This document shows positions 19,695 through 27,844 of a DNA stretch of 32,000 nt, in pieces. How positions within the stretch are numbered: the stretch's first letter is position 1; every line of letters starts with the position of its first letter. Source of the DNA: Planctopirus limnophila DSM 3776 (GTDB taxonomy: Bacteria > Planctomycetota > Planctomycetia > Planctomycetales > Planctomycetaceae); assembly GCF_000092105.1 (NCBI RefSeq), contig NC_014148.1, positions 3,000,001-3,032,000 of the forward strand, read 5' to 3'. The notes below the pieces were generated by a model that was not told the origin of the DNA, did no database searches, and worked only from the letters and a program-made list of their open reading frames with translations. Position numbers and translations under genes: made by a program.

Positions 19695-20375
19695 ATGATC
19701 GAAGTCCAGCAGGTCACCAAGATTCATGTTCGAGGACAAACGCAGGTTTACGCACTTCGCGAAGTGACCTGCCAGATTCCCGCCGGTGCATTCAGTTTTA
19801 TTCTGGGACCTTCTGGCAGCGGAAAGAGCACATTGCTGTACCTTATCGGTTGCCTGGATGAACCGACGACGGGAGAAATCTTCGTCAATGGGCAGTCGCT
19901 GAAAAAAATGACTGCCACCGAAAAAGACGCCTACCGACGAAATGACGTCGGTTTTATCTTTCAAAGCTTCAATCTGCTGGCCAATCTCAATGCGGTGGAT
20001 AACGTTCTTGTCCCTTACTTAGCCCGCGGTGCCTCGACCCAGCAGCGTCAGGAAGCCATCGAATTGCTGGAAAGAGTTGGTTTGAAGGATCGACTTGATC
20101 ATCGCCCCAGTCAACTTTCCGGCGGCGAGCAGCAACGTGTCGCTATCGCCCGGGCTTTACTCAAAAAACCAAAACTGATTCTGGCCGACGAACCCACTGG
20201 CGAACTTGATTCGGTGAACAGTCAGCAGATTCTGGCATTACTGCGCAATTGCAGCCAGGAGTTGAAAACCACCGTGGTTGTCGTCACGCACGAGCAGGAA
20301 TACGTCCACGAGGATGATTTCATTGTCCGCATTCGGGATGGAAAACTGGGGACACCCGCAGGGACTTTGTCATGA
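19695..20375 (+). CDS. ABC transporter ATP-binding protein, LolD/MacB/FtsE-type
   Basis: Walker [11 protein letters not shown]-loop FQSFNL, signature LSGGEQQR, Walker [14 protein letters not shown]-loop VTHE. The track start 19692 is TTG; an ATG lies at 19695. Confidence 0.9.
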   Translation: MIEVQQVTKIHVRGQTQVYALREVTCQIPAGAFSFILGPSGSGKSTLLYLIGCLDEPTTGEIFVNGQSLKKMTATEKDAYRRNDVGFIFQSFNLLANLNAVDNVLVPYLARGASTQQRQEAIELLERVGLKDRLDHRPSQLSGGEQQRVAIARALLKKPKLILADEPTGELDSVNSQQILALLRNCSQELKTTVVVVTHEQEYVHEDDFIVRIRDGKLGTPAGTLS

Positions 20376-20525
20376 TGAATTCTTCATGCAAACAAACTGT
20401 CTCTTGAAAGTCGCGGGATACTCTCGCCAGACTGTGTGCAGAACATCAGGCCTTAACTGATGCAGCCGATATTTTATCGTGCGAATATGACAACTGCCTT
20501 TTGAACAGATACGCGAGAGACGACC

Positions 20526-21431
20526 ATGACCACGCTCCTCGTGATCGATGATTCTCCAATTGATCGGCGACTGGCTGGTAAGCTTCTGGCCGGGAGATCG
20601 GACTGGACTGTCCTGTATGCTGCCGATGGTGAAGAAGGTCTCCAGAAGGTGAGACACTTTCATCCGCAACTGGTTTTGACCGACATGCAAATGCCCGACA
20701 AAACCGGGCTCGACGTCGTGACCGAGGTTCGCAAAGAATTCCCGCAGATTCCTGTCATCCTGATGACCGCCCAGGGAAGCGAGGAACTGGCTGTCAAAGC
20801 TCTTCAGCAAGGGGCAGCCAGCTACGTTCCGAAAAGGCTCCTCGCTCAGGAACTGACAGGTGTCGTCACCCGTGTGCTCGCTGCCACAGACGAAGATCGG
20901 TCACGAGTCGCGCTGTTCAGCAGACTCACCGAGCAAATCGAGCAGTTCGTACTGCCGAACGACCTACCTCTCATCATGTCCCTTTCTCATCACCTCCAGA
21001 GATCGCTGGCCAATATCTGGGAATGTGATACCACCGAGCGTGTACGGATTGGCACAGCCCTTGAAGAAGCCCTGCTCAACGCCTATTACCATGGAAATCT
21101 GGAAGTCAGTTCAACTCTCAAAGAGCAGGATCACAATGCCTTCCATGAAATGTCCGAGATGCGTCGCAAAGAATCCCCCTGGCGCGATCGAGTCATCCGC
21201 ATCTCATCGAGAATTCAGCCGACCATGGCACAATTCGTGATTCATGATGAAGGCCCGGGCTTTAACCCTGCGGGACTTCCCGATCCCACAAATCCCGAGT
21301 ACCTCGAAAGGCCCAGCGGTCGCGGGGTGCTCCTTATGCGTGCCTTTATGGATGAAGTGACTTACAGCAAAAAGGGGAACGAAGTCACTCTCACCAAACA
21401 TCGTTACCCCCGGGAAACGCCACCGGTTTAG
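20526..21431 (+). CDS. Response-regulator receiver fused to an RsbW/SpoIIAB-like (HATPase_c_2) serine-kinase domain
   Basis: REC: LLVIDDSPIDRR...LVLTDMQMPDKTGLDV...VILMTAQG. C-terminal GHKL-type boxes EEALLNAYYHGN (N-box), IHDEGPGF (G1), GRGVLLMRAFMDEV (G2). There is no HisKA/H-box. Confidence 0.8.
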   Translation: MTTLLVIDDSPIDRRLAGKLLAGRSDWTVLYAADGEEGLQKVRHFHPQLVLTDMQMPDKTGLDVVTEVRKEFPQIPVILMTAQGSEELAVKALQQGAASYVPKRLLAQELTGVVTRVLAATDEDRSRVALFSRLTEQIEQFVLPNDLPLIMSLSHHLQRSLANIWECDTTERVRIGTALEEALLNAYYHGNLEVSSTLKEQDHNAFHEMSEMRRKESPWRDRVIRISSRIQPTMAQFVIHDEGPGFNPAGLPDPTNPEYLERPSGRGVLLMRAFMDEVTYSKKGNEVTLTKHRYPRETPPV

Positions 21432-21815
21432 CTGCAAAATTCCCTCGATGCGGGTTGTCAGAAGAGACGAGTTTCCCGAAATTCGGTGACGAACGCAGAA
21501 CCTCCCCCTGCTGAACGGTGTCGTCTCCACTGTCTTCTCCCCACTGTGTCGGGACGATCAGGTCAACTTGAGCGGCAGATCAATCTTTGACATGCACAGG
21601 CATCAATTTTGCCTGCATCATTCGCCTCGAACAGCGCAGATAGTTACGATCTTAATCCGATCCTGCACGAGTTTCTCTGGCAGAACATGGTCTTTCACAT
21701 TTTGCCTCTGGTGCGAATGCGTTCGCTAGAATCGCTTCGCTGACTTTCGCAAGGAAATCACCAGAATCACTGAAAATTTGTGGTCAATCGACTGACTGGG
21801 AGAAGAGCATTCAGC

Positions 21816-22214
21816 ATGGGGAGCACCGGTAATCCAAATGGCCCGGATTTTGAAAAACATCCGCTCATTCCTGTCATCGCTCAGGATCACGCCACGGGCG
21901 ATGTCCTGATGCTGGCTTACATGAATGCCGAGGCCTATCAGGAAACTTTATCCACAGGCAGAGTCGTCTACTTCAGCCGGAGTCGCTCCAAGCTCTGGCG
22001 CAAAGGCGAAGAGAGCGGCAACGTGCAGCTTCTCAAAGCGTTGTACTTCGACTGTGACTCCGACACTCTGCTGGTAAAAGTCGAACAGATTGGTGGGGCG
22101 GCTTGCCACGAAGGTTACCGCAGTTGTTTCTTCCGCCAGATTCAGCCTGAGACCGGTGCTGTCACCGTCATCGGCGAACGTGTTTTTGACCCGAAAGTTG
22201 TCTATCACAAGTAA
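21816..22214 (+). CDS. hisI: Phosphoribosyl-AMP cyclohydrolase (monofunctional)
   Basis: ...[20 protein letters not shown]...T..TG...YFSRSR.KLW.KGE.SGN.Q......DCD.D.LL..V.Q.GGAACH.G..SCF is the HisI signature. No HisE domain is fused. The track start 21780 is GTG; the preferred start is ATG 21816, with GGGAGAAG upstream. Confidence 0.9.
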   Translation: MGSTGNPNGPDFEKHPLIPVIAQDHATGDVLMLAYMNAEAYQETLSTGRVVYFSRSRSKLWRKGEESGNVQLLKALYFDCDSDTLLVKVEQIGGAACHEGYRSCFFRQIQPETGAVTVIGERVFDPKVVYHK

Positions 22215-22289
22215 TCGGGCATTCCAGACCTGCAAATCGTCATCAGACTCTCCAAAACGTTGTCAGACCGTGAATTTGCGAACATTTGA

Positions 22290-22312
22290 GCTTCAAGGTC
22301 TCCCCTTGAAGC
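22290..22312 (+). other. Perfect 9 bp stem-loop between hisI and hisG
   Basis: GCTTCAAGG-tctcc-CCTTGAAGC. No U-tract follows it. Confidence 0.6.
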
Positions 22313-22372
22313 CAGTGATCTGTTCCAATACATCAACTTTTCAGTGATCTACTTACAGCCGAGTGAAATGCG

Positions 22373-23248
22373 ATGTCACAAGTCATCAAGTTAGGGATTC
22401 CCGCAGGCAGCCTTCAGGAAGCGACAGCCGAACTGTTCCGGAAGGCAGGTTATACCATCAAGTTTTCGTCGAGATCGTACTTCCCTGAAATTGATGACCC
22501 TGAAATTGAGTGCATGCTCATTCGTGCTCAGGAGATGGCGCGCTATGTCGAACAGGGCATTCTCGATGCGGGTATGACCGGTCACGACTGGGTCCTTGAA
22601 ACTCAGGCCAACGTTCATGAAATCTGTGAACTCGTTTTCTCGAAGGTCAGCCGCCGACCTGTCCGCTGGGTTCTCTGTGTGCCCAACGATTCTGAAATCA
22701 AGACGGTGCAGGATCTTCAAGGGAAACGCATCGCGACGGAAGCCGTCGGCTTAACGAAAGCCTACCTGGCACGACATAATGTCACTGCTGATGTTGAGTT
22801 TTCGTGGGGAGCGACGGAAGTCAAACCGCCGCGACTGGCTGATGCGATTGTCGAAGTGACCGAGACCGGCAGTTCGCTCAGGGCCAATAATCTGCGGATT
22901 CTGGATGAAGTCCTCCAGAGTACGACCCGGTTTATCGCCAACAAAGTGGCTTTTGCCAACGAGTGGAAGCGTGGCAAGCTCGAAAACATCGCACTCATGC
23001 TGCAATCCTGTCTCGCTGCAGAGGGGAAGGTCGGCCTGATGATGAATGTCCGCCGGGGAGATCTGCCGACAGTCCTCGGGCAACTTCCCGCTCTGCAAAA
23101 GCCCACCATCTCATCGCTTTCTGATCCTGATTGGGTCGCCGTGAATACGATTGTCGATGAATCGTATGTCCGGATTGTCATTCCCAGGCTGAAACAGGCC
23201 GGGGCTCGCGGGCTTGTCGAATATCCCATCAATAAAATCATCGACTAG
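22373..23248 (+). CDS. hisG: ATP phosphoribosyltransferase, long form
   Basis: [27 protein letters not shown]...[29 protein letters not shown]... is the HisG N-terminal pattern. The length of 291 aa fits the long form with a C-terminal regulatory domain. Confidence 0.92.
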   Translation: MSQVIKLGIPAGSLQEATAELFRKAGYTIKFSSRSYFPEIDDPEIECMLIRAQEMARYVEQGILDAGMTGHDWVLETQANVHEICELVFSKVSRRPVRWVLCVPNDSEIKTVQDLQGKRIATEAVGLTKAYLARHNVTADVEFSWGATEVKPPRLADAIVEVTETGSSLRANNLRILDEVLQSTTRFIANKVAFANEWKRGKLENIALMLQSCLAAEGKVGLMMNVRRGDLPTVLGQLPALQKPTISSLSDPDWVAVNTIVDESYVRIVIPRLKQAGARGLVEYPINKIID

Positions 23249-23270
23249 CGTCCCTTGATCATTTGATTGA

Positions 23271-23942
23271 ATGCTGGTGGAGAATCCTTCCCAAATGCTG
23301 GTGGTCATTAAGGTCGGTGGCAGCCTTTATGATTATGAAAGTCTGCGGGAAGTGCTGGCTTCGATTCGCAGCTGGTTTCAACCGGGGAAAGCTTATTCAG
23401 ATGGCAGCCCACTGCTGATTCCTGGAGGCGGTGCGACCGCTGATGTGATCCGTGACTGGCAGAAACAACATCACGTGGAGGAGGAAGCGGCTCACTGGCT
23501 GGCTTGTGAGTCTCTCGAATTGAATGCCCGCCTGATCCAATCCCTGCTGCCTGAATCTCTTCTGGTGGATCATCTCGAACACTCACTGGAGGCCTGGAAA
23601 AGGGGGCTTTTCCCTGTACTGCGAACCAGCAGAGCTCTGCAGCTCGCAGAGAGTTCGTCACAGGATGGCCAACAACCGGAACCCCTTCCTCATCATTGGG
23701 ATGTGACCAGCGACTCGATTGCCGCCTGGTTTGCCTGCCGCTGGCAAGCCCGACATCTTCTCCTCTGCAAATCGATTCCTGTGCCAGACAAGATGCCAGT
23801 TCTCGAAGCCTCTCGAACAGGCATTGTCGATCCTTATTTTCCCGGACTGGCGGGACACATCCCGCAAATCGACTGGTGCTATGCCCGCCAACTCCCTTGT
23901 AACAGCATACCTTGGCTGAAACAGGGTTCCCCGATCTCATGA
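23271..23942 (+). CDS. Amino-acid-kinase-fold protein, possibly MfnE-like small-molecule phosphate kinase
   Basis: VVIKVGGSL...LLIPGGGATADVIRDW...AAHWLA......HHWDVTSDSIAAWFA....A..LLLCKS. This shows the AAK-fold N-terminal strand with glycine loop and the W-D-V-T-S-D-S-I-A segment, as I recall them from MfnE-type kinases. Assignment is from memory and not searched. An alternative start is ATG 23295. Confidence 0.55.
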   Translation: MLVENPSQMLVVIKVGGSLYDYESLREVLASIRSWFQPGKAYSDGSPLLIPGGGATADVIRDWQKQHHVEEEAAHWLACESLELNARLIQSLLPESLLVDHLEHSLEAWKRGLFPVLRTSRALQLAESSSQDGQQPEPLPHHWDVTSDSIAAWFACRWQARHLLLCKSIPVPDKMPVLEASRTGIVDPYFPGLAGHIPQIDWCYARQLPCNSIPWLKQGSPIS

Positions 23943-24135
23943 ATTGCTGTGCAATTCATCCGGTGAATTCGGGATCTCCTACGGCAGATTCATGACAATT
24001 GAGTCGAGGCCGAAGCTTCAAACTTGACTCCGCGAACGTCTCCTGATTTTCATCGCTGCAACCTGCCTGATTGCGTATGATGTTGTTCTTGAAAAACCCC
24101 TCTGCAGCAGACATCCTTTCATGAAGTGAACATCC

Positions 24136-25851
24136 ATGGCTGGACACCACGCCGTCGGCATCGACCTGGGAACAACTTATTCAACCATTGCGTATCTCAA
24201 TGAACATGGTGAACCCGTCACCATTCCCAATGTTGATGGAGAGATGACCACCCCTTCGGTCGTGCTGTTTGAAAAGAGCAAGGTGATTGTCGGGACAGAA
24301 GCTCTTCGCAATTCGATCCGTGCCCCGCAGCGAGTGATTTCGGCTGCCAAAAGATACATGGGCGACCCGACCAAAACCTGGGAGATTGATGGTCGACAAA
24401 TCACCCCCGTCGATGTCTCCGCCTATATTCTTGAATCGCTGCTGAAGCAGGCTCGCCAGGTGATTGGCGAAATTGAACACGCCGTAATTACAGTTCCCGC
24501 CCAGTTCACAGATCTTTCACGTTCGCGAACTGCTGAAGCCGGCCTCAAGGCGGGACTGAAACAGGTTGATATCATCAACGAGCCTGTGGCTGCCGCATTA
24601 TGTTATGTGATTGGCAGCGAAGGGATGTGGTTTACCGAGCTTGCTGAAGACCAGCGGATTTTAGTCGTCGATCTGGGGGGCGGCACTTACGATCTTTCGC
24701 TGGTCTCTTATCGCAAGAACGAAGTCCGCGTTATCGCTTCATCGGGCGATCTCAATCTCGGTGGTCTTGATTTTAACCAGGTGCTGCTCAATGGTCTGGC
24801 CCGTCAGTTTCAGAAGGAATTTGGACTCGATCCACGCAATGACCGCGAAAGCCTGCAGGCCTTGGCACTCGAAGTTGAACAGACCAAACGCAGTCTTTCC
24901 GTACGCCCCAAGGCTGCCCTGAACGTGGCCCATAAAGGTTATCGCAAGACTTATCTTGTCGAGCAGGGACAATTCGAAAAACTCTCTGCCAAGCTGCTGG
25001 AGCGGATCGAATCGATCACCCAAGGGTTACTGCGCGACAATAAACTGGGATGGGCTCACGTCGATGTGGTGCTGGCCACTGGAGGTGCGTCGCGTATGCC
25101 CATGGTTCAGCAACTGCTGAAGAAAATGGCGGGCTACAAGACTCTGAATTCGACACTTTCTCCCGATCTGTCGATTGCCCACGGTGCGACCTACTTTGCG
25201 GGCATGCTGATGTCCGATCAGGATTTTGCCCGCTCGGTTCTGAATTCTCAGGCCATTTCCAAACTTTCCAAATTCAAACAGATTGATGTCAACTCAAGAT
25301 CTCTCGGGATCCTCGTGCGTAATGAAACCTCGGGTCAGCGTGAGCCCAACTGGCTCATTCCCGCCAATACCCCACTCCCGGCCAGTTGCACTCAAACTTA
25401 TGGAACTGTGATTGCCAATCAGAGCAAAGTCACCCTGCGGCTTGTCGAAAGCGGCAATGCCGTCGATCGCGATTTTGTCCCCGTGGGTGAATGCGAGATC
25501 AGTTCGCTCCCACCCGGTCTTCCAGAAGGTTCAGTAATCGATGTCAAGCTGGAATACGGAGCCGATGCCCGCGTGAAGGTCTCTGCCAAAGTCCGCAAGA
25601 CGGGTCATTCAGCCCATACCGAAGTCATCCGTCAGGAAAGCATCAAAAAAACAGCACTTCCCGGCGAGCGGGCCGCTCAGGAAGAAGAAATCATTCTTCT
25701 GGAAGACGCTGATGTTTCCGAGATCCAGGAGCCTAAGGCACAAGCCAGAGTGGTGAATTCCACCCCTCAGTCAGGGACATCAGTGAAAACCCAGAAATCC
25801 TCTCTGGCCGATGACGACCCCTTCTGGAAACTTATCAACGAAGATCAGTAA
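24136..25851 (+). CDS. Atypical Hsp70 family protein (NBD + beta-SBD, no helical lid)
   Basis: Phosphate-1 GIDLGTTYS, phosphate-2 VVDLGGGTYDLS, adenosine motif VVLATGGASRMPMV, interdomain linker and SBD start IDVNSRSLGI. After about aa 500 only a 70 aa low-complexity acidic tail remains, ending DDDPFWKLINEDQ. Confidence 0.85.
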   Translation: MAGHHAVGIDLGTTYSTIAYLNEHGEPVTIPNVDGEMTTPSVVLFEKSKVIVGTEALRNSIRAPQRVISAAKRYMGDPTKTWEIDGRQITPVDVSAYILESLLKQARQVIGEIEHAVITVPAQFTDLSRSRTAEAGLKAGLKQVDIINEPVAAALCYVIGSEGMWFTELAEDQRILVVDLGGGTYDLSLVSYRKNEVRVIASSGDLNLGGLDFNQVLLNGLARQFQKEFGLDPRNDRESLQALALEVEQTKRSLSVRPKAALNVAHKGYRKTYLVEQGQFEKLSAKLLERIESITQGLLRDNKLGWAHVDVVLATGGASRMPMVQQLLKKMAGYKTLNSTLSPDLSIAHGATYFAGMLMSDQDFARSVLNSQAISKLSKFKQIDVNSRSLGILVRNETSGQREPNWLIPANTPLPASCTQTYGTVIANQSKVTLRLVESGNAVDRDFVPVGECEISSLPPGLPEGSVIDVKLEYGADARVKVSAKVRKTGHSAHTEVIRQESIKKTALPGERAAQEEEIILLEDADVSEIQEPKAQARVVNSTPQSGTSVKTQKSSLADDDPFWKLINEDQ

Positions 25852-25934
25852 TCACGTCGATTGTTATTCACATAAAAGCCTCAATTTCTGTGCTCATCAC
25901 ACGGACAAATGAGGCGATCGAGGAATCCCGGGTT

Positions 25935-26879
25935 ATGTCGGCATCGGAAAGCAGCGTGGTCAATCAGGTCGAAATCGTAGGAACAGGCCTCGTTGTGGCC
26001 GACTACCGCATGATTGTCCCTGACTATCCTCAGGAAGATACGAAAATCTCGGGGCAGGCTTTACCCCGTCAGGTGGGCGGGCCTGTTCCCACAGGCCTTA
26101 CGATGCTCAGGCGCCTGGGGCATTCCTGCCGCATGATTGGTAGTTGGGGTGAAGATGATGCCGGCGCATTCATTTCCCAGCAGCTGACATCGGAAGGGAT
26201 CGATCTACAGTACGCTCTGGTGGGAGCAGAACGCGAGACGGGTTTAGCCCACATCTGGATCAATGAGCAGACTGGCCGACGGACAGTGGTCAGTCACCGC
26301 CCCAGGCAACATCTCGAACCAGCAGACTTTCAGCGTCCAATGTTTGTAGGAGCCAAGTGTCTGTATCTCGACGGCTGGCCTGTGAATTCCTCGATTGCTG
26401 CCGCCAAACTTGCCAGAGAATGTGGATTACGAGTCTTTCTGGATGCGGGAAGTTATCGCCCTGGGCTGGAGGATCTGCTGCCCTATGTTGATGTGCTTAA
26501 TGCTTCCCGACGAATGATCCAGGAGTTTTTGCGAACGGATTCGCTGGAAGATGCCGCTGCGCGATTACAGGCTCTGGGGCCACGCTGGGTCATCACCACC
26601 TTTGGGGAAGCGGGGGCGGTCTTACATACCCGCAGCCATGTTGTCGAGCAGGAAGCGTTCCACGTTGTGACGCGGGATACCAATGGTGCGGGGGATGTCT
26701 TCTGTGGCAGCTTTGTGCATGGCTGGCTTGAAAACTGGCCTGCCGACTACACACTTCGTTTTGCCTGCGCTGCTGGAGCGATCAAATGCAGCCACCACGG
26801 AAATCGCGATGCCCTCCCCACTCTGGGAGCGATTTTTCGCATGGCCGGGCCCATCCCTCTCGATGAAGACGAACATTGA
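25935..26879 (+). CDS. PfkB-family carbohydrate/nucleoside kinase (ribokinase-like)
   Basis: The N-terminal VGTGLVVADY... strand, ...GGPVPTGL.., and the C-terminal signature TRDTNGAGDVFCGSFVHGWL (PfkB DT.GAGD motif). The preferred start is ATG 25935 with GAGGAA 10 nt upstream; the track start is GTG 25890. Confidence 0.85.
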   Translation: MSASESSVVNQVEIVGTGLVVADYRMIVPDYPQEDTKISGQALPRQVGGPVPTGLTMLRRLGHSCRMIGSWGEDDAGAFISQQLTSEGIDLQYALVGAERETGLAHIWINEQTGRRTVVSHRPRQHLEPADFQRPMFVGAKCLYLDGWPVNSSIAAAKLARECGLRVFLDAGSYRPGLEDLLPYVDVLNASRRMIQEFLRTDSLEDAAARLQALGPRWVITTFGEAGAVLHTRSHVVEQEAFHVVTRDTNGAGDVFCGSFVHGWLENWPADYTLRFACAAGAIKCSHHGNRDALPTLGAIFRMAGPIPLDEDEH

Positions 26880-26946
26880 TTCAACTGACTGACTGTCTCG
26901 CAAATGGTGATGGCAGTTCAGATCATCAACTGCGCTCGCGAATATG

Positions 26947-27030
26947 GGGTGACCGGGGTTGAGCGTCTTCGCGAACCCCCAGTTCGTGCCAAAGATCGCC
27001 GGGGGTTCGAAGACTCAACCCCAGTCACCC
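26947..27030. repeat. 84 nt imperfect inverted repeat forming a ~29 bp hairpin with a 20 nt loop
   Basis: Pairing was worked out base by base. 26947-26953 pairs with 27024-27030, then one C/A mismatch, then 26955-26963 with 27014-27022. A 2 nt bulge follows, then 26966-26969 with 27010-27013, another 2 nt bulge, then 26972-26980 with 27001-27009. The loop is 26981-27000. It lies 68 nt after the PfkB stop, with no U-tract after it. Confidence 0.85.
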
Positions 27031-27109
27031 GCCCACTTTCCCACCAACAACGATCATCTCACCTGAAGTTCGCGAGTTGCACACCCGCATGTGCATCCGC
27101 ATATTGCCC

Positions 27110-27131
27110 AAAAACTCGCTCAACGAGCGAG
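27110..27131 (-). terminator. Intrinsic-terminator-like hairpin oriented on the minus strand, with no annotated gene feeding it
   Basis: The minus strand reads CTCGCTC-GTT-GAGCGAG-TTTTT-GGG, a 7 bp GC-rich stem, triloop and 5 T. On the plus strand the run is A5 before the stem, so it is unidirectional. Confidence 0.45.
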
Positions 27132-27327
27132 CATGGTGCCCAGCAGTCTGGCAATCTGCATCGTCAAAGGATCTTCACAATCGATCCTCAATAGCTGCTA
27201 ACGGGAACCAACCTATCGATCTGCCATGCCAAGGACTCACAACTGAGGCAAAACGCTGAAAATTTTTCAATTTTCATCACATCTTCGAATTCGCGGCATC
27301 AGAATTGTTAATTCCGACGAAGTAACG

Positions 27328-27356
27328 TTGACGATAGTTCGACACATTATGAAAAT
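27328..27356 (+). promoter_or_regulatory. Sigma70-like promoter candidate for the downstream small membrane protein gene
   Basis: TTGACG (27328-27333), a 17 nt spacer, then GAAAAT (27351-27356), inside the only clearly AT-rich stretch of the window. Promoter rules for this lineage are unknown to me. Confidence 0.25.
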
Positions 27357-27434
27357 ACAATGAACGAATAATAAATTATCGACGAACGGCAAGACGCCGC
27401 CCGCCGAATCTGTCTGTGTGGTAGGAGTGGCAAG

Positions 27435-27635
27435 ATGCTCACGAGACCCTGGATGATTTGGAGTGTTCCAGCCCTCGCTTGGGGCTGCTTTATGTGTTGG
27501 GCCGCCGGTTATCAGGCAGGCTTCGACGAAGGTCAGGATGCGGCCTGGGCCACAGCCCGAAAGTCACTTAACGCGGTGGCATCGGTCGATGCACCTCATC
27601 CCTCATTGATCGAAGAGCGTTTCTCCTTGCGATGA
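27435..27635 (+). CDS. Small (66 aa) single-pass membrane protein, hypothetical
   Basis: AGGAG lies 7 nt upstream of the ATG. One Trp/Cys-rich TM helix is present (MIWSVPALAWGCFMCWAAGY), followed by a polar tail. Confidence 0.45.
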   Translation: MLTRPWMIWSVPALAWGCFMCWAAGYQAGFDEGQDAAWATARKSLNAVASVDAPHPSLIEERFSLR

Positions 27636-27844
27636 TTCATCCATCAGGCGAGACGAAACCATCTCTTTACTCGATCGACTGGCGATGAGCCTGTTCGACC
27701 GGAGAGGAGATTGTTGTCTTCACTGGAAGTATCAGTGAGGCCAGAGAGTGTCTGGTTGACTGCTGACTGGTCGAACACTTTCCGGCCAAACACACTCCCG
27801 CCCGACACCGTGCAGCATGGAGGGGGATGGGCTAAACTTCTGGC

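Noticed and set aside
21432-21815. 384 bp gap upstream of hisI, checked for a histidine leader peptide/attenuator, T-box or tRNA
   Set aside because: There is no run of His codons and no leader ORF longer than about 13 codons. There is no terminator/antiterminator pair and no cloverleaf. Only a small hairpin (TGCA-AGGCA ... TGCCTGCA near 21592-21618) is present.
27001-27012. GGGGGTTCGAAG inside the long hairpin resembles a tRNA T-arm (GGTTCGAAT)
   Set aside because: The complementary CCCCC does not follow the TTCGAA loop. No acceptor, D or anticodon arms can be drawn. The G-run instead pairs with 26972-26980 as part of the long stem.
26904-27194. 96 aa plus-strand ORF in the PfkB-downstream intergenic region
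   Set aside because: It is read straight through the 84 nt hairpin and two further hairpins. It has no ribosome-binding site, the sequence is Arg/Ser/Pro-rich, and it has no recognisable fold features.
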